From contig CP158635.1 in assembly GCA_050273025.1 (NCBI GenBank), forward strand, positions 10,230,001 through 10,294,000: a DNA stretch of 64,000 nt, in the 5' to 3' direction. This document shows positions 54,318 through 64,000 of the stretch, in pieces. Every line of letters begins with the position of its first letter. Position 1 is the stretch's first letter. Origin of the DNA: Cenococcum geophilum (lineage: Eukaryota). A program made the translations under genes and the position numbers. The notes beneath the pieces were generated by a model. It ran no database searches. It had not been told where the DNA came from and was given only the letters and a program-made list of their open reading frames with translations.

Positions 54318-55933
54318 CAGTGATCTACTTGGAGCGGGGTCTATTTGGGGCTCCAATATGGATTCGCCTTCGATGTGGATTTGGATTGGGCCTTCTGGTT
54401 GGTGGATTGGAGTGGATCTACGGTTGATTTGACTCTTGGAGCTCCAGATCTATACCCAATTCGAACTGCGGCTGAGGAGGAATAGAGCGCTGAGAGGTCA
54501 GTGCAAAAGAAGAAGCCAATCGGCAAGTCTCTTAACTCTACCACTGACTCACTGTCTAATAAGTAGTGTATTAGCCATAGAATCTAGGACACCTAGCCAT
54601 CCTGCCACTGCTGCCGTTGCTTCTGCTGTTGCGGCTCTGCATCTACACTTATTATTGTGGTATTATATTCGACTTTCCTACCTCCGCGATGGAACGATTT
54701 CTCTCAGTACGACCTCCACCATTTGACGACGTTATCCTTGCCCCAAAATCAATCAATTCAAAAGCCGACGACAAAGGAGGTGGTTAAATTCAAGCTGTAG
54801 GGCAAGAATTACATTCGATGTAATGCCCAGGGCTTCCATTAATATTCAATATCAGTATAAAGCCGTATTGATATTGATATTGAATAGTAATTCAGTATTG
54901 AAAAGATATTGAATATTAAATTTTTGTCAAGCCTCCATACAAATATAGGCTGCGAACCGTGCATAATTAAGGCCTTAGCATAAACGTACGCCCAAAACGG
55001 ACACCTTACATCCATAATAGCCACCTTATATTGTCCTATAGCCTTTATACACCTTATTATACTCTACTGCGTATAGCAGAGTATATATTTCTAATACTCA
55101 TTATAGCAGAATCCATAAAACTGGCTATTTTATGTACTTTTATATATTCTCTTTCAATATTCAATATCTTTCAGTATTGAACATGTCGTATTGATATTGA
55201 TATTGAAAGTTCAATATTCAATATTCAATATCAATAAGCAATATTTAATACTGATGGAAGCCCTGGTAACGCCCTAACGAAGAAACCGAAGCATATGAAG
55301 TAACGTACGTTACCTATATGGCTTTGGGGTGAGGATCTTTAGCAGCTGTAAGATTCTCTTAGAGGACCGTTGCTCTCGCTTGCAAATGGATATTATTAAG
55401 GCCGAGTGCCTCCGCCACTGGTATGGGCCTCCGCGTAAGGGCACGTTTGATAATATAGATGTTGGAGTTACAGAGGGAGAGCCTACATAAATGGTATTAC
55501 TAAAGGAGGCTTAAAGGCTCAAGTTACCGCGTATAAGGAAGCTATGGAGGAAGTCGCAAAGGCAGCAGCAGAGGCAGCAGCAAATGCAGTAGCAGAGGCA
55601 CCTCTGGGTGGGCTAGGTGGGCTGGGTGAGCTAGTGGCTATAGAGCCAGATGATGACGAGAGTGAGAGCCACGATGAGGGCGTATATGCTGCCTTTGAGG
55701 AGGCGATTGAGGTAGAAGATCAGGAAGCTTCTTGTGTAGAGGCTTTGTGATTTGGGGTTGATTGGTACGTTCTTCCTTCCTTACCTTTTTCCTCATCTTC
55801 TGCCAAGACTTACTATTTATAGTATATATTTGATCTGGAGTCATGTTGGAGTCCTGGAGGTCCACCGCCTCCCCGGCGTATGGAGTGGATTTGGGGGTCA
55901 AATCCACTCCAGTCCAGTCCAATAAGATCACTG
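54318..55933 (+). mobile_element. Middle hAT element, internally deleted transposase
   Basis: TIRs CAGTGATCTACTTGGA / TCCAATAAGATCACTG with a perfect 8-bp TSD GATATTGG. It retains the C-terminal dimerisation-domain remnant DIIKAECLRHWYG and an acidic tail (ORF 55544-55750). Confidence 0.88.
54828..55265. mobile_element. Inner hAT-type MITE (438 bp)
   Basis: TIRs CAGGGCTTCCAT / ATGGAAGCCCTG, 8-bp TSD GTAATGCC / GTAACGCC and subterminal TATTGA repeats. Confidence 0.88.
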
Positions 55934-56119
55934 GATATTGGTGGGAGATTGGTCGAATTTTAAAGCTCCGCAGAGCCCAATTTTTATATGCTAAGGCTCT
56001 ATATATTAGATTCAATAATCAATAATTAATATTCAATATATTTTTAGTATGAGTCAGCGATTTAATATAAATATCAATACGACCTTATATTGATGTTGAA
56101 TATTGATAAAAACACAGAG

Positions 56120-57010
56120 TACCTTCCTAGACCTCTACGCGTTATAGATGTATTTTTATAGTAGTAATAGCGCCTATTTAGTGGAGCGCTTCTTTCTTGC
56201 CCTAAAGTAATTTAAAGGTAGTAGTCTAAAGGTCTCTACCGCGTAAAATATTCTCTTGGTAACTATAGACTTTAGTATTTTACTTAATATAGATAGTAGA
56301 GAGATAGGCCTCTATATCCTTACCCTTATATAGTCTCCTTTATTTGGCTTTTTGGGCGGTATAATCTTAGCATTTCTCTATTAGTTGGGAAGGTTGCCCT
56401 TATCTAATAAGGTCTAAAAGAAGAGCAGAACTTTACCTTTTATTACCGGCTATATTTGCCTCTACACTATTGCTAGTAGGCCGTTATCCCCTAGCGCTTT
56501 CTATGGCTTTACTATTAATATCTTCCGTTTTACCTCTTCCACTATAAGGCGCGGTATTAGTATTAGCGTTTGTTAAGGCCGTAGGCCCTTATTCTCTATT
56601 CCTGCTAGCAGCGGGGGAAAGAACGTAGTTAATAGCTTCGCTACTTACTTATCTTTACCTTCTATAGTAAATCTATTTATTTATACTAATAGTGGTATCT
56701 TATTAAACGCTAAGTTGCCGCTTAGGTTAAGGTATTTTGCTACTTGCCAAATATTTACGTTATTAGCTAGGAAGTTATTCTAATATATCCTTTTCTATTT
56801 CCGTATTATATTATAGTATTCCTTTAAGGCCTCCTTTTACTCGTTATTTTAGTTTTAATAGTATCTAGCCTACTTAGCATTAGTTCTTTACCTAGTTTCT
56901 CTAATAAGTATATACCTAGCGGAGCTTTATAAGGTCTGTTATTTACTACCCTTTTATATATAGTAAAGGTCTAGCTTTTAGAGTTAATATATAGACTACC
57001 TCTAGCACTA
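56120..57010 (-). mobile_element. Tad-like LINE ORF2 fragment, RIP-degraded
   Basis: Minus-strand remnants NIWQVAKYL, LLTTFFPPL and KALGDNGLLAIV (KAPGxDG, start of LINE RT). Confidence 0.75.
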
Positions 57011-57787
57011 TATTAGCGACTTAGTCAATTAAGGCACGAGCACGGCAAGAGGGACGCGCAAGCCTATATAATTGGTAGTTTATAAATAAAGATCTAAAGC
57101 TAGAGAAAGGAAAGGAGACGGAGAATAGCGCCGCTTAACGTTATATACAATCCTCTAGTTATATAATAGCAATTATTTAAAACTATATAAAACTATCTAT
57201 AACTATCCGCTATAATCCACTAATATCTATTAGCTATAATCTACTAGTTTCCATCAATATTTATTAATTTCTACTAGCGCCGTAATATTACCCCCCCTCT
57301 AAAAAAGCCTGCCCTTAGGCTTTATACGTCCGTATTATATCTATAAGGTATTCTTATCTTTATGCTTAATAGGTAGCTTATTATCTTTACTATTCTAGCA
57401 CTTTATTTACTTGTTAAGGTACTTTAGGGGCTTAGGTTTATTAGGGTAACAGCTATAAAACTTTTAAAGCTTATAGGGACTACCTATAAAGTTCTATATA
57501 GGGTACTAAGTGGGGTTTAGGTTGTACCCTTTCTAACTAATACAATATTTTAATATTCCCCTTATAAGCTTATAGGCTAGTATTTCTTTAATTTTCTATT
57601 TATCGTTACTATTAACTTAGATTGGTAGAGGAGGTTTATCCTTTTATCTAGGTAATAGGTTATTTACGGCTTTTTATAGTTTATTTAAAGAGAATAGGGT
57701 AGACCTTAATTAAATCTGGGAGCTTTACTTTATATAAGTTGCCTATTTTTTTAAGAACCTTATATAGTCCTACTATTTAATAGTTTA

Positions 57788-57899
57788 GGGCTTCATGAAA
57801 TCGGCCTCTGCACCTCCACGCGGTGGAGCCCGGGAACCTGGCAGTACTATTGATGTTCCGTTAGGATCGTGTCAATAGACTACCAGAGCAAACGCAGAG
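57788..57899 (+). ncRNA. HDV-like (nested double pseudoknot) self-cleaving ribozyme, predicted
   Basis: P1 GGGCTTC/GGAGCCC; P2 CTCTGC/GCAGAG; P3 ACC/GGT; L3 TCCACGC; P1.1 GG at 57832-57833; P4 hairpin 57838-57886; J4/2 C-A-A-A-C with putative catalytic C57889. Confidence 0.85.
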
Positions 57900-58790
57900 A
57901 CGTCCGTACGGCTGCGCACCGCTGGCGCTGCGACGGGTGATCGCGAAGAAAGAAGTTTCTGTTGGGAGGGTGAGCCCCAACAAGGCCTCAGGAACACGAC
58001 CAACTTATCTTCACATACGGTCAACCTACTCGAATCACGGCATCTAAATCGGCGTCCTCCTTCTACACAGCATGGTACGCCATGCTGCACGACCCTACAC
58101 AGTATATACGTACGCCTTGCAGGCTAAAGCCCGCGATAAGCCTCTTCATCCACCTACCTTCCGAAAGCCTCTCGTCTATTGCCTTTTAAGGCCTCTTATC
58201 TACCCGCCTTTATTATCACCTAACAGCTTAGACCTGCCGCACGCGGCATATATCCTCCTTTATATTACAAAGGACCTAGGTTAGGGCCCTAGGAAAAGAC
58301 ACCTAGCACCAATTACTATCCCGTTGTTTTGGTTTTAAAAAAAGGTTATATAGGACTAGATATAAATGCATTATATAGGAGGGCAGTGGATTATACTAGA
58401 AGGTATAATAATAAGATTAGATTATGCTGTAAGTAGGGAAGCTGTAAGTAGCATATATATATGCATACGGGGCGGAGTAGGGGAAGGGCAGGTATATAAT
58501 TCCACATAGGCAATAATAGATAGGGAAAGTGGTTCAAAAGGCAGATAGGGTAAGATAGGCATTCGAGACACCTTCCTTAGGGGTCTCTAAGCAGTAACCT
58601 GACGGTGTTTTTCCCCCCGTTAATATAGTACGAATGCTATCTAGAAGTATTACCTCTCACGTTTCCCTTAGGGGTTTTTTGTTCACCCAAAAAATGGGTT
58701 TTTCTCAGTATGTATATTAAGTTTTTACTATAGGAATTAGTCTGCGTGGACCCATTAGGGGGACCGGGTCGGATGGTAAATTGAATTTAT
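57788..58790 (+). mobile_element. ~1-kb non-autonomous non-LTR (SINE/SIDE-like) retroelement
   Basis: Absent from the homologous position in C copies 1 and 2. Flanked by duplicated TATTTAATAGTTTA(G) at 57774-57787 and 58791-58804. It has no TIRs or LTRs, no recognisable ORF and an A/T-rich 3' end. Confidence 0.85.
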
Positions 58791-61700
58791 TATTTAATAG
58801 TTTAGCTTATAGCTAGGTTGTTCTATTTTTTAGTTCTTTGTTATAACCTAGACCATATCTTATATAGTAAAGTTAGGCTCTTACCTATACTTATTCGCCT
58901 ACTATTGCATTAATTTCTAGGCCTTTTTTAGATTTATATAGGCTACCATCTAGGCTTCTTTTAAGCGCTTAACGTACTACCGTACTTCCTTATAAGATAG
59001 TTTTTTACGTATAGTCTAGGGTTCTTCTAGTCTTTTCTAGTTAAAGCTTATATAGGGTAAGTAACCTATTTCCAGTTAAATAGGGGCAAGTCCTATAGAG
59101 TTGTAGGGTAGGGTTGCTTAGGTATAGTTTATTAGAGGTAGTAGTTTAGCCTAGTTATCTTATAAGTAGTTAATAAAGGGCCGAAGTCTCTAATCTAAGT
59201 ATTAATTTATAATTTCCGTCTAACTATCTATCTAGGGATAGTATGCTATAGAAAGCTTTAGCTTAATACCTAAGATCCGGGTAAACTTATTCTAGAAAGC
59301 TAATATAAATTACGGCTTATAATTAAATATAATAGTATCTAGTAGTCTGTAGATTTAGTAGATGTAGTAAATATATAGTTAGGCCGCTTCTTTAGCATTA
59401 ATATTTTTATAATATAGGATTAAGAACAGGCGCTTACTAAAGTAGTTAACTAGAATTATAACTATATTATATCCGTTACGGTCTATAGGTAGCTTATAGA
59501 AGTCTATAGAGATATACTGCTAGGGGCGTTCTAGTATTAGGAGTAGTTTTAATAGTCCTAGAGTTTTATCTTATAAGATTATAAATCTATGGTAGCTATT
59601 ATAGTTCCGTATATAACGGTTAATATTTATAACTATTCCGGGCTAGTAGTAGCGGTTACTAGTAATCTTACGGGTTATATTTTTTTCTAGGGTAGGCTGT
59701 AAAGACCTAGGTATAAGCTTCGGCAATAAGCTAGGTCCGTAAGTTCTATTCCTTAGCTACTACTAGCCGTTTCTAGTGCTTAAGTAGTCCGTTTTTAAGG
59801 GACTATAGGCTAGTAATATTCTTTACCTTTTTACGGTACTCCTATAGAGAGGGGGTTATTTAGTTAGCCTATAGTAGTTTATTAGTTTAAAGGGTTAATA
59901 GGATATATTTTAGCGCCTAAGGAGCCCGTACTTAGTTCTGCCTATATTTAGGGGTTAAGGTATTTTAATTATAGTAGCGTCTAGGTCCGTAATAAGATCT
60001 TTATAGCTATCTGGTTATTTAAGTCTTATTTACGCCTTATAAGAGCGTCTATATAGTTTATAGCGCCTAGTTTATATATAATTAAGAAGTTAAACTAAGA
60101 TAAAGTATCCGCCTAGCGTACCTACCGGGCTATAGGGGCCTTAGTTAATATAAAGTATTCTAGGGCCTTATAATTTAAAACTACCTTAATTAGCTTAAGG
60201 GTCCCCTTTAGCTATATACACTAGTGCTAAAAGCTAGAGATAATAGCTAGCATTTCTTTATTATGGATATAGTAGTTTAGCTTAGTATCTATTATAGTCT
60301 TTAAATAGTATATAATAGGGTACTATTCTCTATCCAGTTGCTTTTAGGAAAAAATACTAGCTATTACGCTATCTAAGGTATTAGTTTTTAGTATTAAGGG
60401 CCATTTTAGGTTAAAATAGGCAAGTAGGGGAGCCGATACTAGCCGTTTTTAAAGCTTATTAAAGGCCTGCCTATATATAGCATTAATGTAAAAGGGCTGG
60501 TCTTTTTTAGTAAGATAGTTAAGAAGCTAGGCAATCCTGCTATAGTTTTAAATAAAGTGTTAGTAAAAGTTACAAACCCCTAAAAATAATTATACCCCCT
60601 TTACGGTCCGTAGGGCTGCCTATTAGTTAATTATAGCCGTCTTCTCTAGGTTAGCTTTAATTCTATCTATAATAATAATAAAACCTAGGTACTTTATACG
60701 CTTAACACTAAACTTTAACTTCTTAATATTAACCTAAAGGCTAGCCTCGCGGAGCCGTTATAGAACTTTATAAATATACTCCTTATATTTTAGCTTATTT
60801 TTAAAGTAGATTATAATATTATCTAAATAGGCCGTATAGAAGTTGTTAAGGTAGTTAAAGAGTATATTCTTTATATTCTGCTAATACGTAGCTAGTCTGT
60901 CAGTTAGTCTAAAAGGAAGTACTTTATATTTATATATTCCGTAATAGGTCTAAAATATAATAAGATCCTTAGACCTAGGGTTAATTTTAATTTAGTAAAA
61001 GGCTTAGTGGATATTAAGCTTTATAAAGACCTTAGCTCTACTTATTTAGGCTAAAGTCTTATTAAATAGGGGTAATAGATAGCGGTCCTTGCGGGTTATA
61101 TTATTTAGCTTATAGTAGTTAATATAAAAGTAGAGTCCTCTATTTAGCTTTTTAATAAAAAAAATAGGCGAGGTAAAAGGGGCTTAGCTAGGCTTAATAA
61201 GCCCTTACTTAGGTTATTAATAAGATACTACTTTATAGCCTATAATTTAGTAATAAACTGCTTATAAAGGGGGTTAAAGCTAAGGGTATTTTCCTTAACC
61301 TACTTAATCTTGATCTTATAGTTATATAGTTAGTAAGGTAGAAGTATATTAAATACTACTTTAAAGAATATATCCTTAAATTTCTGGTGTTAATAGGGTA
61401 GCTTTTATTCTACCAATTTCTTATTTATAAGCTCGCTTTCTTATCTACTAAGCTTACCTTCTTTTTCCTTAATTATTTAATTAATTTTATATAAGCTAGT
61501 TATAAAGGTAATGGTATTAAGCTAAATTAAGTTTTAGTAAGATCCTATGGCACTAATATAGTAAATATTAACTAGTGGGAGGTTTGCTAGTTTTTTTTAT
61601 AGATATTTATTAGGTTATATTTTACGGTATAAGGTTTATAGTATTTCTTAGCTTATATTCTATTTTCCGTAAGTTATCTTTTTTATTTATTAGTTTAGTA

Positions 61701-61841
61701 TAGCGTTTAATATTCCTAGCTTTTCTTTATAGCTATATAGGGCCTAAGTCCTTTATAGTTAACTTAGCTAGGTTACTATTAGCTTCCTAGGTCTCTAGTA
61801 TAAGTAGCGTAGTATAGCTAGCCTAGGGGTAGTATAGTATA

Positions 61842-64000
61842 TATTACGGCACTGGCAGAACTTAGTAGAACTTAGCAGAACTTCGCACCGGCAAGTTGCC
61901 ACAGATTGCCGCATATTACAATTACGTGACGTAAAGATTTTATAAAATACTAAACGGCGCTGCTCTTTTTCTCCTTTTTTTTCCCTAGCTTTAGATTCTT
62001 GTTTATAGATAATCTAATTATACAAGCTTGCGCGTCCCCTTTGCTGTGCCTATACCTTAATTAACTAAGTCGCTAATATTATCTAAAGCTCACTCTACTC
62101 TTTTTTCCTAAGAAGGAACTTAAATATATTTACAAGACTATAAATAGGACAAGAATATAGAATAGGACCCTAAGGATATTACTAGGACTATAAAAATAGG
62201 ACCTAAAAAAAAGAATAAAACCCTAAGGAAAGGACCTATAAGACACGCATAGACTAGAACCCCTAAAGAAATTACCTAGAATTACCTAATACCCCTACTA
62301 CTATGCCACGAAACACAGCAGCAGGTAAAGCAGCTGTAGGACCCTTAAATACTTTAGATAAAGAAATAATTAATGTTTTAACCCCCTAGGCGGAGCTTGC
62401 GGCTACTAATACTAAAATTAAATAACTGCGAGAGCTGCTTAAAGCTAGAAATACCCCTATATCTAATAATAAGTTATTATTAGATAACTAAAGACTTGCT
62501 ATAGTCCTTTAGGCCCTATCTTAGCGCCTTAGTAAATCTACTAAGGCCTATATAGCACCGAAGCTATTAGTAAAGGTTATAGATCCCCTATTACTTATAG
62601 ACGGAACCAACCCTATATTTAATAATTAGAAGCTTTAATTATAGGATAAGCTTAAAGTTAATATAGACTACTTCCCTAGCGCCCGAGCTAGAATAGCCTA
62701 TATCTTTAGCCGTACTAGCGGAGATACCTAAACGTATTTACGCCTATAATATACTAAAGACTTAATAGACCCCTTTATCTCTAAAGAAGAAATAATTAAA
62801 TACTTGTCTTCTATTTATAAAGACCCTTTTAAAGTATAAAACGCCCACCTTAGCTATAAAAGCCTAAACATAAAAATAACGGAAACCTTTTCGGCCTTTT
62901 AAACCCGCTTTCTACACCTAGCTAAATAGGCCTAGATCCCCTAGGAAGACCTACTACTAGACCTCTTTAATAAGCTTACCCTAGACCTATAGCGGGCTAT
63001 ATTACTAGCTTATACTACAGTATAGACATTAAAGGAACTTATGGATTATTACCTAGCTATTAACTAAGGCCTCTATTAAATTAAGGTATACGCTAATTAG
63101 CTAAAAACTAAAAACCTTATAAACCAGGCCGTAAGTACTATAAGTATAGCCCGTAGTGCCTTAGTATAATTGGCAACCCCTATAGTTAACCTAGCGGCTA
63201 GCCGCGCAGCTACCCCTACTGCGGGCCTAGTGTACACCTAGTCTATATATAGCGACCCCCATATATAGGCCCTTAGCGATTAAGAAGCTTACTTCTTATA
63301 CGGTTAAATAGGCCACCCTATAAGGAACTGCTTAATAAAGGTAAAGATAAATAAGGTCCTGTTAATTTAGGAGGATAATATAAAGCCGGAAAAAGAGGAA
63401 CCTTAGAGGAAGACTCCTCTCTAAGGTTAAAAGGAATTAATATATTATATATTAATCTAGGTCGGCTAATTAGTAGAAGAAGCTGCACTATCTCTTATAC
63501 TTTATTTCGTAATAGATATTAAGTTTTAACCTTTACTTTAGCTAACTTAGAAGTAAATACCTTTACCTTAATTAATATAAAGTGCGCTATAAAACTAGCT
63601 AACTTTTTAAATATACCCCTTAAAGAACTGCCTAAACTAATCCCTATTTATGGTTATAACGGATAAATAAGGCTACCTATTATAACTATCTTGCAGATCT
63701 ACCTCCGCGTTAACGGATAAAGGCAGTATAATATCCCCTTTCTTATTATAGACCTTAGAAGCTATAATATAATCTTAAGAAGAAAATGGCTAGCTTATTT
63801 AGGCTTATAGCTTAATATATAGAATAGGCAGCTTATCTGGCCCAAAACTATACCCCTAACGCCTTCCTTTATAAAAGAGATTAGTATTATAATAGAAAAC
63901 CTTATACGGCCGTAGATAGACACTGTTTACTAGGCCAATATAACGCGTAGGGACTAGGCTTTTAAGAAGGATATACAGCTTAATCTATAACGGATTTGTA
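61842..64000 (+). mobile_element. Gypsy family C-related copy 4 in opposite orientation (5' LTR 61842-62078, gag, protease), running off the window end
   Basis: LTR termini are the reverse complement of family C termini. Degenerate gag starts near 62303 and matches the minus-strand gag of copies 1 and 2. Confidence 0.88.

Larger units (their letters stand above)
53746..56117. mobile_element. Outer hAT-like non-autonomous element
   Basis: TIRs CAGTGTTTTTATCA / TGATAAAAACACAG and many subterminal TATTGAA/TCAATA repeats. No convincing TSD was found. Confidence 0.65.
57011..61841 (-). mobile_element. Gypsy family C copy 3 (3' LTR 57011-57287 plus pol), interrupted at 57788-58790 and at 61842
   Basis: The LTR and internal sequence are collinear with copies 1 and 2, and a PPT adjoins the LTR. 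Confidence 0.9.

Noticed and set aside
55544..55750. Acidic 68-aa ORF as a small protein
   Set aside because: It is the C-terminal tail of the deleted hAT transposase, inside TIR/TSD boundaries.

Overview
Genomic window from a filamentous ascomycete with strong RIP: CpA/TpG depletion, TpA excess and stop-riddled transposon ORFs. A GC-balanced island of five intact, intron-containing genes (~29.0-53.6 kb) lies between two AT-rich blocks of nested transposon relics. The genes encode an ABCC/MRP exporter, a cytochrome P450, a fatty acid synthase alpha subunit without a C-terminal PPT domain, a FAS beta subunit and a branched-chain-type aminotransferase. This set matches the 2-amino-fatty-acid supply modules of the aspercryptin, apicidin and HC-toxin pathways, but the window contains no NRPS, dehydrogenase or regulator. 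The left block resolves by target-site duplications (TSDs) into two nests. In the first, a Tc1-like element is split by a three-LTR gag-only Copia-like tandem (itself holding a Gypsy) and by a second Gypsy. In the second, a pogo/Fot1 element is split by a solo LTR that is in turn split by a Gypsy. The right block holds three nested hAT derivatives, a Tad-like LINE fragment and two further Gypsy copies. The most unexpected feature is a ~1-kb ORF-less insertion with a 14-15 bp TSD inside one Gypsy. Its first 112 nt fold exactly as an HDV-like self-cleaving ribozyme. All coordinates were read by eye, and no searches were run.
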